Shown here: piece by piece, positions 17,148 to 25,855 of the stretch
How positions within the stretch are numbered: position 1 is the stretch's first letter
How the letters are laid out: every line of letters begins with the position of its first letter
From: a virus
Taxonomy: Duplodnaviria > Heunggongvirae > Uroviricota > Caudoviricetes
Virus record (IMG/VR): IMGVR_UViG_3300005512_000002
Span: 1-64,000 of that record
Strand: one strand, 5' to 3'
DNA length: 64,000 nt
Made by a program: the position numbers and the translations under genes
The notes under the pieces: model-generated
Databases searched by the model: none
What the model was told of the DNA's origin: nothing
The model's input: the letters and a program-made list of their open reading frames with translations, nothing else

Positions 17148-17153
17148 GGCGAT

Positions 17154-17453
17154 CTAGCTCCTCTGCTGATAGTGGCGACTCTTGCCCCAGTACCGCTGCC
17201 AGCGGGTGGCCGTGCGCATGGCACGCCCCATGCGGCTGCTGCGCGGCTGGGGCCCGCTGACAGTCACCGCCCCGAACGCCTCCAGGGTCCGGGCCCGGCA
17301 CCCTGGACGCTGGCATTGAAAACCATGAATGCCCTGGGGCTGACCGTCGGCACCCAGGCCGCCCGGCCAGGTCTTCACCTGCTGCCAAGGGTGCAGGCCC
17401 AGCCGGCACTTCAAGTGGCCGAACCAGGTTGTCTTGACTTTCTGCTCCGCCAT
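17154..17453 (-). CDS. Hypothetical Cys-containing small protein (possible zinc ribbon)
   Basis: FGHLKCRLGLHPWQQ...FQCQRPGC; directly downstream of the SPFH gene. Confidence 0.35.
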   Translation of the reverse strand: MAEQKVKTTWFGHLKCRLGLHPWQQVKTWPGGLGADGQPQGIHGFQCQRPGCRARTLEAFGAVTVSGPQPRSSRMGRAMRTATRWQRYWGKSRHYQQRS

Positions 17454-17471
17454 CTGGATCTCCCCTAATGT

Positions 17472-18233
17472 CTAAGCGTCCCGGCTCTGCAGACCACCGC
17501 CAGCATGGTCCGGGGCGACCTGCAAATGGTCGTGCACGATCCGGTGGGTGTGGCTGATGATCGCCGCCGCCAGGCTTACCGGGACACACTTGAGGTCCTC
17601 GATGCGTAGCTGCTGCATCCAATGGGCCCGAGGCAAGGCACAATCCTTCTCCAGCACCTGGATCATCTGCTCGACCTGGAACGGTGCCGCCACTTGCGAG
17701 CCGGCCACCGGCGGCTGGGCCGCAGCCGCTGCGCGAGCATCACCCGGGGGCAGTTGCTGCATGCCCTGGAACGGGCTCTCGTCCTTCTCGTACAGGTGCA
17801 GTGAGAGGCCGAACTTGGTGGCCGCCTTGCGCAGCCCGTCGGTGTGGGCCGCCTTCAGGTCGTAGCCGAAATTGTCGCACCCCCCGGCCGGGTTGCGCGA
17901 CAGGTCCGCCTGACCCAAACCGTCCTTGTCAATGCTGACAGGGCTGCTTTCAGTCTGCACGTAGACCGTCAGCCGCACGTGTACCAGCACCTGGCCCTGG
18001 TCGGGGCTCAACCAGTGGCTCAAGACCCGGTCCGACCAGGCGTACCCGAACGCCTCGTTAAGCTGCCGGATCAGGGCCGCCGGCTTGGGGTACCACGGTG
18101 TGAAGCCGTCGCCCCCGGCCCGATAACAATCCTGACGAATGTCCGACGGTTGCACGTGCCGATCAAGCACCTCGGTCACCGTGACCGGGAGCCTGATCAC
18201 CATGCCAGACGTAGCCGCTTGCTTGTTCGTCAT
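17472..18233 (-). CDS. Rad52/Rad22-family single-strand annealing protein (Sak-like)
   Basis: AHTDGLRKAATKFGLSLHLYEKD matches the Rad52 AVTDGLKRALRSFGNALGN..LDKD block; LNEAFGYAWSDRV matches the N-terminal Rad52 region. Confidence 0.55.
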   Translation of the reverse strand: MTNKQAATSGMVIRLPVTVTEVLDRHVQPSDIRQDCYRAGGDGFTPWYPKPAALIRQLNEAFGYAWSDRVLSHWLSPDQGQVLVHVRLTVYVQTESSPVSIDKDGLGQADLSRNPAGGCDNFGYDLKAAHTDGLRKAATKFGLSLHLYEKDESPFQGMQQLPPGDARAAAAAQPPVAGSQVAAPFQVEQMIQVLEKDCALPRAHWMQQLRIEDLKCVPVSLAAAIISHTHRIVHDHLQVAPDHAGGGLQSRDA

Positions 18234-19069
18234 GCTGGGGGTCCACCTGGTTTTCTCGAATCGCCAGAACCCCCCGGGATTCCCACGGTCAAATGCTCGC
18301 GGCTGTAAGCCGCCCAGGCCCGCCGCAGGATCTCGGGGCCGTCCAGGGGCCGGTAGTCCCGCGCCGGCAGACTCACCGCCGGCCAGTAGTGCAGCATTCG
18401 CACCCCCGGAAGCCCCGGAAGCCCCGGAAGCCCTGCCGGGAGTTCCGGGCCGCCGGCCTTCGGCTCGTCCTGACCGAGGGTGTGGCGAATCGAACGCTCG
18501 GCCCGAAACGATGGATATGGCCCGATCGCCCCCGTGGTGATTTCAGGAGCAAGCTGCCAGCCCAGGTGAAAGTGGCTGACCAGGGTGGGCATCCAATCGT
18601 CCACGCGGGCGTAAGCGGGCAGCACCAGCAGCCGCAGCACACTCGGGTCCTTGAGCAGTTGCTCCTGCCGAATCGACTCGATGATCCGCCACTGCCAGGC
18701 CTGCTCCTGGGCCATCGGGAACCAGGCCCACACCGCCACCACCGGCACGCTGCCGTCGAGCACGCGCGGCCGGTAATGGAACGGAAGCTCGGTGTACTCC
18801 TCGCCCGGCAGCATCAGTTCGCTGTGCTTGTTCCACTGGTAGGCGTCACGCCCGCTGAAGGTGGTGTTGCACACCATCAGGGGGATCTGGCAGTTGGGGC
18901 ACAGCGTCTGGCCGATCTGGTAGCTGGCCGGCCACGGCTCGGCCAGGTGCACCACGTGCAGGCTCTTGAAGCCCGGCCGCCCCCGGAAGTTCCCCTTGCA
19001 GCACGGGCAGCGCAGCGGTGTCGGAAGCTGAGGCAGCAGATTGTTCGATCCGATCTGGCTCATGCTCAC
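18230..19069 (-). CDS. Hypothetical protein with N-terminal CxxC...CxxC zinc ribbon and GLPGLPGLPG from a CCCCGGAAG tandem
   Basis: LRCPCCKGN...CPNCQ; ccccggaagccccggaagccccggaagccc at 18403-18432 is read on the minus frame. Confidence 0.4.
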   Translation of the reverse strand: MSMSQIGSNNLLPQLPTPLRCPCCKGNFRGRPGFKSLHVVHLAEPWPASYQIGQTLCPNCQIPLMVCNTTFSGRDAYQWNKHSELMLPGEEYTELPFHYRPRVLDGSVPVVAVWAWFPMAQEQAWQWRIIESIRQEQLLKDPSVLRLLVLPAYARVDDWMPTLVSHFHLGWQLAPEITTGAIGPYPSFRAERSIRHTLGQDEPKAGGPELPAGLPGLPGLPGVRMLHYWPAVSLPARDYRPLDGPEILRRAWAAYSREHLTVGIPGGSGDSRKPGGPPA

Positions 19070-19560
19070 GCTTTCTGGGGCCCGCGTCGGGGGTCAGGCG
19101 CGGCTTTGCCGCTGCTGCTACGCATCTCCGGCTTGGCGGCTGCCGCACCAGCGGTGCCCGGCTTCCGGGGGGCCATCTGGGCGGTCATCTCGCGGATGGT
19201 CTGGTCATACTGCTCGTTGGTCTGCTTCAAGGCCGCCAGCAGTTCCTGCTCGGTGAGCAGGCCGCGACGCTGCAGGGCCAGTCGCAGGGCGGCAAGCTCC
19301 AGTTCCACCCGGGTCAGCATGTTCATCAGCATGATGAACGGGCCGGCCTGCTCGGGCAGCTTCTCCGGGTTCAGCATCGCCCGCTGCTGGGCGTCAAGCG
19401 TCAGCAGGTCCGCCACACGACCCTGGTCACCCACGAACACCTCGTCGCCGATCGCCGCCTGGTCCATCGGCGGCGGGATCGCCGCGCCGGGCCGGCGCAC
19501 GCGAAACCCCTTGCCGTCGAGGCTGGACATGCGATTGGGGTTGGGTGGTAGCTGGCTCAT
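19066..19560 (-). CDS. Hypothetical protein
   Basis: 4-nt overlaps with both neighbours; 164 aa. Confidence 0.4.
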   Translation of the reverse strand: MSQLPPNPNRMSSLDGKGFRVRRPGAAIPPPMDQAAIGDEVFVGDQGRVADLLTLDAQQRAMLNPEKLPEQAGPFIMLMNMLTRVELELAALRLALQRRGLLTEQELLAALKQTNEQYDQTIREMTAQMAPRKPGTAGAAAAKPEMRSSSGKAAPDPRRGPQKA

Positions 19561-20156
19561 CGGCTCTTGCCTTTGCGGACCTTCACCCCGCCGGGCTTGC
19601 GCTGGTGCTTGGGCCGGACCTTATAGCCCTGGTTGACCTTGCTGACCTTCTGGTCCCAGTCGCCCTTCTTCTTGGCCTCTTGCATCTTGCCCAACGGGTC
19701 GGGCACGTTGCTGACCACCTGCACGCAGGGCTTGCCGGTCTTGGCGTCGATGTAGGCCGAGCCCAGTCCCTGCCTGGGGATCTTGCCGCTCCTGGCCAGA
19801 CGGTTGAACTCCGTCTGGTAGTCCGGGGCCCGCTGGTGCGGATGGTCGATGAACCGGAAGTTGATTTGCTCACCGTTGATCCGGGTGGTCATCATGTCGC
19901 CGGAGCCCTGCGGGTCCACCTGGTGGGTGGTCCCCCGCACGATGACCTGCGGCAGACTCAGGATGCGCACCACGCGACCGGTGCAACCCTCCAGCGGGCA
20001 GGGCACGGTCGCCCCCAGGTCCGGGGCCTTGCCGATCGGGTAGTCGATCAGGAAATGACCGACCTTGCCCTCACGGGCCGCCTGGCATGCCCGCGAGGGC
20101 TCATCGCCCTGCTGCTGACCCGGGCAGGCACACTGGCACATGAACTCGTATTGCAT
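19557..20156 (-). CDS. Hypothetical Cys-rich protein
   Basis: MQYEFMCQCACPG N-terminus; basic C-terminus. Confidence 0.4.
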   Translation of the reverse strand: MQYEFMCQCACPGQQQGDEPSRACQAAREGKVGHFLIDYPIGKAPDLGATVPCPLEGCTGRVVRILSLPQVIVRGTTHQVDPQGSGDMMTTRINGEQINFRFIDHPHQRAPDYQTEFNRLARSGKIPRQGLGSAYIDAKTGKPCVQVVSNVPDPLGKMQEAKKKGDWDQKVSKVNQGYKVRPKHQRKPGGVKVRKGKSR

Positions 20157-20159
20157 CGG

Positions 20160-20420
20160 TCAACCCGCTCCCTTCCGCCGCTGACAGGCCTGCCCGTCTC
20201 GACGTTCCAACACGGTCCACCACCAGCAAGGCAGCAGCGCCAGGGCTTCACCGCCGACGAACCCCACGGCCGAGGGCCACCAGACCGACCAGGCTTCCTG
20301 CATCGGCCAGCCGCCGCCATGGATCGCCGCCGCCAGGCCGCCGAGCCCACCGGCAACGGCCAGAACGAACAGCCACAACACCGCACGGCTGGTGTACCAG
20401 TCCAGCGCACGTCTCAGCAT
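20160..20420 (-). CDS. Small membrane protein
   Basis: GAGGAG RBS 8 nt before ATG 20420 (minus); AVLWLFVLAVAGGLGGLAAAI and SVWWPSAVGFVGGEALALL hydrophobic segments. Confidence 0.4.
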   Translation of the reverse strand: MLRRALDWYTSRAVLWLFVLAVAGGLGGLAAAIHGGGWPMQEAWSVWWPSAVGFVGGEALALLPCWWWTVLERRDGQACQRRKGAG

Positions 20421-20442
20421 GAGTAGTTCTCCTCTCACGCTC

Positions 20443-20470
20443 ATTGTACATGAGATCATAGCAAATGCAA
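20443..20470 (-). promoter_or_regulatory. Sigma70-like promoter on minus strand, TTGCAT-N16-TACAAT
   Basis: Reverse complement of 20443-20470 = TTGCAT ttgctatgatctcatg TACAAT, about 20 nt upstream of the RBS of the 20420 gene. Confidence 0.35.
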
Positions 20471-20518
20471 GAAGAAAACTCAGGCAGTAGATGATAAGCC
20501 AGGCTGGCAGAGCGGTTT

Positions 20519-23074
20519 TTAACTTCTGGTGGGGATCTGGCTGGGGGCCTGGCAGTCCGAAAGCCGCGTCAACCCGGTGCAGAAGTACCCGGGCTTGCGC
20601 TGGTCCTTCGCCAGGTTCACCAGGTAGACCTTGGCCCGCTCAACCGGCATAACCCGACCGGCCTGCTCGTACGCCGCCGGGAAGATGGGCACCGTGATGT
20701 CGCCGGCCAGGCCGGCCAGGTCCAGGATGGCCATCGAGCGGCCCTTGGATTTGCCCTGCTTGACCACCTTGACCCTGACGTTGCGGGTCAGGGCCATGAT
20801 CACCGCCTTCTCGTAGGGCGGGTCCTGGTCTTCCAGGTCGGCGGGCGTGAGCAGTTGCTGCTGGTGGTGCAGGTGCACGAAGGAGGTAAACGGCGAGCAG
20901 GACAGGAAGCAGCCGGTAAGTTGGCGCTCTTTCTCCAGCAGCGTGTCCAGGGGAAGCTCGGGCAGCGCGTCCTCGTCGGGCTGGTAGCGGTGGATGAGGT
21001 CCAGCCACTCGTCGGGGGTGTGCCGGGGCTTGCCGCCGCTGGTGATCTTGGCGGTGGTGTTGTGGTACTTCTCGGTGAGCTTGAGCAGTTCGGGCAGCAT
21101 GGCCACCAGGTGCGGGCGGCGGCCCAGGTCACCGTCGAGGTAGCAGTCCATGGCCCCGCACCAGATCAGGGTCTCGATCTCCGCCCGCGAGACCAGAACG
21201 TAAGGCTTGTACTCGTCGTCCTGGGTCTCGATCTTCCGGCCCTGGCGCACCACGGTACGTTTCTGGCCGGTGGGCCGGACCTCGATGCAGGCCCGCACGA
21301 AATCCTTGAAGCCCCCGCCCCCGCAGGCCGCCGCCTGGCCCGCAGGGCTGGTGATCCAGCGGGCCGAGCTTTCCGACAGGCCCTTGACCAGAGACAGGCC
21401 GAACCGGATCTCGTTCTTCCGAGGGTCGAGCTTACAGATAGCTCGGGAACGCTGGACACATGGCTGAAGAACGTGAATCCCCAGTCGGCGAGCTTCTTCG
21501 ACATAATCGGCGACCTTGAAGTTGTAGCCGTCTTCCTTGCTGGTCTTGCCACTCTCGGAGTTGATCAGGCACGTGAGGTAGGGCAAGGGGTAATTGGCTT
21601 TGAGGTAGGCGGTCTGGTAGGCGACGACCATGCCGTAGGCCGAGGCGTGGCCGAGGCAGAATCCATACCGACCAAAGGTTTCCATCAGCGACCAGACGTA
21701 GTCGGCCTGGTCCCGCGTGGCCCCCTTGGCCACCGCGCCCTTGACGAACAGCGGCTTCATCTTGGCCAGGATCTTGGGCTTCTTCTTGCCCACACCCTTG
21801 CGGACCTCGTCAGCCTGGCTCATGGTGAACCCCGCCATGTCCCGGCAGGCACGCATCAGGTCCTCCTGAAAGACCATGACCCCGTAGGTTTTCTTGAGCG
21901 TGTCGGCCAGCAACGGGTGCGGCGGGTCCGGGGGCTCGTCGCCCGAGGCACGCTTCAGGAACACCTCGGTCATGCCGGCGTCGAGCATGCCGGGGCGGAT
22001 GATGGCCACCAGCACGGCCAGGTCCCAGGGCTCCATGCGCTTGAGGTCCATGCGCTGGGCGAAGGCCCGCACATAGGGCCGCTCGATCTGAAAAACGCCA
22101 GCCAACTCACCCCTGGCCAGCATGGACCAGGTCCCTGGGTCATCCAGGGGGATCTGGTCGATGTTGAAGTCCGGCTGGTACAGCCGTCGGATCAGAAACT
22201 GGGCCTGCTCGATCACCCGCAGGGTGGTCAGGGCCAGGTAGTCCATCTTCAAGAGCCCCCGCTTCTCGGCGTCGTACATATCCCACTGGGTGGCCGGGAA
22301 GTTCTCCTCCTCGGTACGCGAGTCGGGGCTCTTGCGGTAGTAGGCGGGCAGGTAATCGGTGATGGGTCCCGGGGCGATGATGGTGCCGGCGGCATGAACG
22401 CCGGCCTGGCGGGCCTTGCCTTCCAGCCGGCGGGCGATGGCGAAAAGCTGGGGGAACCGGGCCTGCATGGCACGCAGGTCCGCACTGGCAGCCAGGGCCT
22501 TGTCCAGGGTGACATTGGGCCCCGGCGGAATGTAGTTAGAGATCTCAGCACTGAGCTTCTGGTAGTCGGGCAGGTCCAGGGCCCGGGCGGTGTCGATGAT
22601 CGCCGCCTTGGGTTTGAGGGTGCCGAAGGTGCACAGTCGGGCCACATGATCGGCTCCGTACTTGTCCATGCTGTACTGCATGACAGCGCCCCGGCGCAGG
22701 TCGTCGATGTCCATGTCCAGGTCGGGGTTGGAAATCCGGTCGGGATTCAAAAAGCGCTCGAAGGGTAGCTGCCATTTCAAGGGGTCCAGCCAATGGTGGG
22801 AGATCGCCAGGGCCCAGACGCAGACGCTGGAACAGCCGCTGCCGCGCACCACGTAGCGGATGTTCTGGTCACGCATGAAGCGGCACAGATCAGCCACGAT
22901 CAGGAAGTAGGGCGCGAAGCCCATGCGGGCGATCACGCCAAGCTCGAACTTGGCCCGCTCGACGTAGGCCGGGTCCTGGTCTACCCCGTAGGCGGCCAGC
23001 CCCCGGAAGACCTTGAAGGCCAGCAGGTCGATCTGCTGGCGGGCCTGGCTATCGTTGGTGCTTGCCGCCGTCAT
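20519..23074 (-). CDS. dnaE: DNA polymerase III alpha (DnaE) polymerase core lacking the N-terminal PHP domain
   Basis: YVERAKFELGVIARMGFAPYFLIVADLCRFMRDQNIRYVVRGSGCSS matches the DnaE segment just after PHP (Y..RL..EL.VI..MGF.GYFLIV.DFI.WAK...I.VGPGRGSAAGS); long collinear pol-III alpha similarity; stop codon 11 codons upstream of ATG in-frame. Confidence 0.8.
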   Translation of the reverse strand: MTAASTNDSQARQQIDLLAFKVFRGLAAYGVDQDPAYVERAKFELGVIARMGFAPYFLIVADLCRFMRDQNIRYVVRGSGCSSVCVWALAISHHWLDPLKWQLPFERFLNPDRISNPDLDMDIDDLRRGAVMQYSMDKYGADHVARLCTFGTLKPKAAIIDTARALDLPDYQKLSAEISNYIPPGPNVTLDKALAASADLRAMQARFPQLFAIARRLEGKARQAGVHAAGTIIAPGPITDYLPAYYRKSPDSRTEEENFPATQWDMYDAEKRGLLKMDYLALTTLRVIEQAQFLIRRLYQPDFNIDQIPLDDPGTWSMLARGELAGVFQIERPYVRAFAQRMDLKRMEPWDLAVLVAIIRPGMLDAGMTEVFLKRASGDEPPDPPHPLLADTLKKTYGVMVFQEDLMRACRDMAGFTMSQADEVRKGVGKKKPKILAKMKPLFVKGAVAKGATRDQADYVWSLMETFGRYGFCLGHASAYGMVVAYQTAYLKANYPLPYLTCLINSESGKTSKEDGYNFKVADYVEEARRLGIHVLQPCVQRSRAICKLDPRKNEIRFGLSLVKGLSESSARWITSPAGQAAACGGGGFKDFVRACIEVRPTGQKRTVVRQGRKIETQDDEYKPYVLVSRAEIETLIWCGAMDCYLDGDLGRRPHLVAMLPELLKLTEKYHNTTAKITSGGKPRHTPDEWLDLIHRYQPDEDALPELPLDTLLEKERQLTGCFLSCSPFTSFVHLHHQQQLLTPADLEDQDPPYEKAVIMALTRNVRVKVVKQGKSKGRSMAILDLAGLAGDITVPIFPAAYEQAGRVMPVERAKVYLVNLAKDQRKPGYFCTGLTRLSDCQAPSQIPTRS

Positions 23075-23170
23075 GCGTTGCCCAATAGGAAAAGGCCCAC
23101 TGCATCAGGTCGATCTTCAGGCCGTACAGCTTGACCAGAGCCGTGGCCAGCAGCATGAGCATGCGATGTT

Positions 23171-24166
23171 TCATAGCGACGCTGCGGCCGGTTCGTCCGT
23201 GATCGCGTCCAGGTCGTGGTCCACCATCTCAGCCACCAGCCCCTGGAAGTCCACCTGCGGCTCCCAGCCCAGAACCTTTCGGGCCTTGCGGGGGTTGGCG
23301 ATCAGGACATCCACCTCGGCCGGCCGGTAGAAGCGCGGGTCCACGGTGACGTAATCGCAGTAATCGCCCAGGCCCGCGTGCTCGAAAGCACACTGGCAGA
23401 AGTCAGCCACGCTGTGCGTCTCCCCGGTACCGACCACGTAGTCGTCCGGGTAAGCCTGCTGCAGCATCAGCCACATGGCCTTGACATAGTCGCGGGCATG
23501 GCCCCAATCCCGCTTGGCGGCCAGGTTGCCCAGGGCCAGGGTCTGCTGCGTACCGTCCTTGATACGGGCCACGGCCCGGGTGATCTTGCGGGTCACGAAG
23601 TTCGGCCCCCGCCGGGGGCTCTCGTGGTTAAAGAGAATCCCGTTGCAGGCGAACATCTTGTAGGCCTCGCGGTAGTTGACCGTCACCGCGTAGCCGTACA
23701 GCTTGGCGCAGGCGTAGGGCGAGCGGGGGTGGAAGGGCGTACTCTCATCGCAGGCCACCTCGCCGTGCTGGCCGCCAAAGAGTTCGCTGGTCGAGGCCTG
23801 GTAGAACCGGGTGAAGAAGCCCGAGGCCCGAATGGCCTCCAGGCAATACAGGACCCCCAGGCCGCTGGCCTCCAGGGTGTAGGCCGGCTGGTCGAAGCTG
23901 GTCCCCACGTGGCTCTGGGCGGCCAGGTTGTAGAACTCGTCGGCCCGGGCCAGCCGGCACAGCTTCACCAGGCTGGGCAGGTCTCCCAGGTCGCCCTCGA
24001 CGACCTCCAACCTGGAGTGGCCGATCAGGTGCTCGGCGCAGCCCGGATCATCCCCCGAGCTTCGCCGCTTGAGGCCATAGACCTTGTAATTCATATCCAA
24101 CAGCAGGTCGGCCAGATAGCTGCCGTCCTGCCCGGTGATGCCGGTGATAATGGCGGTACGTTGCAT
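23171..24166 (-). CDS. gmd: GDP-mannose 4,6-dehydratase
   Basis: MQRTAIITGITGQDGSYLADLLLDMNYKVYGLKRRSS is a near-consensus GMD N-terminus; SDR YxxxK (YACAKLYGY); AGGAGA RBS. Confidence 0.8.
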   Translation of the reverse strand: MQRTAIITGITGQDGSYLADLLLDMNYKVYGLKRRSSGDDPGCAEHLIGHSRLEVVEGDLGDLPSLVKLCRLARADEFYNLAAQSHVGTSFDQPAYTLEASGLGVLYCLEAIRASGFFTRFYQASTSELFGGQHGEVACDESTPFHPRSPYACAKLYGYAVTVNYREAYKMFACNGILFNHESPRRGPNFVTRKITRAVARIKDGTQQTLALGNLAAKRDWGHARDYVKAMWLMLQQAYPDDYVVGTGETHSVADFCQCAFEHAGLGDYCDYVTVDPRFYRPAEVDVLIANPRKARKVLGWEPQVDFQGLVAEMVDHDLDAITDEPAAASL

Positions 24167-24185
24167 GCTTTCTCCTGCTCCGGGC

Positions 24186-25028
24186 TCAGCCCGGCAGTTG
24201 CCAATTCTCATCAATCTCATAGCCCAATTCGATCAGTTCCTGACCGACAACCTCCTTGAATACGGCGACTTCCTCGACGGTCCACCGATGCCACCTTTGG
24301 TTACAGCCGGCGACTTGGCCAAAGCTCGAATGCTGGTCGGCTTCCCGGCTGCCGGCTTCAATTTCGGCGGTCCGGATCAAGGCCCTGTCATCGGGCTGCA
24401 GGCCCAGACGCTGAATGAGCAAGCTGACCGTCAAGGCCGGGGCCGCCACCAGGTCCTCGAACTTCACCACCCGATAGTTGGGCAGGTAGTGCAGACAGTC
24501 GGCCACCACCCGCAGACGGTTGCGGGCACCCAGGCACTGCATACGGAAATAATCCAGCCGGTCCCGCTGCTGAAACTCACTGTCCCTCTCGCCCTTGGTC
24601 CACCGCACCGACTCAATGTGATTGCGGGGATCTCGCACCAGAGTCACAAACTGCCAGTCTTGTATATTGCCCGGGAGCCGGACCAATTCCTCGCGGCCCC
24701 AACGGTTGATGCTCTCGCCTTCGTAAGGAGCGGGCACCTGATCGCTGTCCGATCGTTCGCCCCACCAGTTCCACACGTAGTTGTAAAAGACCAGGCTGGG
24801 CGTCGTGGTAGTCGCCAGGCAGTCCCGGATCGCCGTCAGCGGATCAACCTCCTTCGCCAGGTGCACGGTGGGACAGACACGCGGCGGCATGGTGCACAGG
24901 TAACCGTCCTCGGCGTACGGGCAGCCGTCATTTTGGCCCGTGGGCGACAGGGGTCGGCCCTGCAGCATCTTCAGGAAGAAGCACGAGCCGCCCCGGGGAT
25001 AGACGAAGAAATAAATGGGATTGGTCAT
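24186..25028 (-). CDS. Sulfotransferase-family protein
   Basis: FVYPRGGSCFFLKML (5'-PSB-like PRSG[ST] motif) and VTLVRDPRNHIESV (3'-PB-like RDPR motif). Confidence 0.5.
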   Translation of the reverse strand: MTNPIYFFVYPRGGSCFFLKMLQGRPLSPTGQNDGCPYAEDGYLCTMPPRVCPTVHLAKEVDPLTAIRDCLATTTTPSLVFYNYVWNWWGERSDSDQVPAPYEGESINRWGREELVRLPGNIQDWQFVTLVRDPRNHIESVRWTKGERDSEFQQRDRLDYFRMQCLGARNRLRVVADCLHYLPNYRVVKFEDLVAAPALTVSLLIQRLGLQPDDRALIRTAEIEAGSREADQHSSFGQVAGCNQRWHRWTVEEVAVFKEVVGQELIELGYEIDENWQLPG

Positions 25029-25855
25029 GATTCATGGTCCTTCCAGTCACAGGTGCCACCCGGCGCCCGACCATTGATGCGGTCGGCATGCTCAACGACC
25101 CATCGGTACAGCCGCAGGTCCCATTGATTGCCCTCGGCGATGCGCCGGTGCAAGTCAGCATCCAGATCGACCACCTGCCGCTGGCGGGACCGACGGTTCA
25201 ACCAGGGTAAAGGCTCGGACTTCCAGCCCAGACGGGTGGCCAGAACCTCCGCGTCCTGCTGCAACTGCTCAAAACGGCCAATCCAAAAGAATCGCTGCAG
25301 GTTGGCGATGGCCCGCTCGTAATCGAGCATGGTGAGCCGTGGCAGGCAACCAGGTTCTGCCAGCCGCACGCCCGGCACCCGCTCGGTGATGGGTCCGTAT
25401 TGTTCCAGAAGCGGGCCGGCCGCCAACATCCGCGTCATGTGATTGTGTGCCCTGCCCCACTGCCAGGTTGCCGTCCCCGGTTCAAGACTTCCGTACCAGG
25501 CCTCGTCGAACCACCGCGACAAGTCCGCCCCGCGAATCTGAGCCACCACAGTGTCATCAGGAGCCTTGGAGACCTGCGTGTATTCGTACTCGCTGAGCAC
25601 CCGCTCCAGAGGGTCGCGCACGATGGTCAGGTAGCGTGGCGATCCGACCAGTACGCCGTGCAACCCGACGGGCATGTGTCCCCAAACCAGCTTCAAGCCG
25701 TTGATAGGGCCCTGGCCCGGCACTAATACCGTCCGGGTAGCGGCAGCATTCTGCACCCACAGGTGCTCGCCGGACCGCAAGTGACTGTACAACCACTGGC
25801 CAAGGCTGTTGCCGGCGGTCTTCACCAGGTGCACGAAGATCAAGGGCTGGCTCAC
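25025..25855 (-). CDS. Sulfotransferase family 2-like protein
   Basis: FVHLVKTAGNSL (HIPKTGGT-type 5'-PSB) and YLTIVRDPLERVLSEYEY (3'-PB RDP.ER..S.Y). Confidence 0.55.
   Translation of the reverse strand: MSQPLIFVHLVKTAGNSLGQWLYSHLRSGEHLWVQNAAATRTVLVPGQGPINGLKLVWGHMPVGLHGVLVGSPRYLTIVRDPLERVLSEYEYTQVSKAPDDTVVAQIRGADLSRWFDEAWYGSLEPGTATWQWGRAHNHMTRMLAAGPLLEQYGPITERVPGVRLAEPGCLPRLTMLDYERAIANLQRFFWIGRFEQLQQDAEVLATRLGWKSEPLPWLNRRSRQRQVVDLDADLHRRIAEGNQWDLRLYRWVVEHADRINGRAPGGTCDWKDHES

Noticed and set aside
20470-20518. GCCAGGCTGGCAGAGCGGTTTTT as a rho-independent terminator
   Set aside because: The stem is a zero-loop palindrome (GCCAG/GCTGGC). The T-run is on the plus strand, while both flanking genes are on the minus strand. 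Too ambiguous to call.
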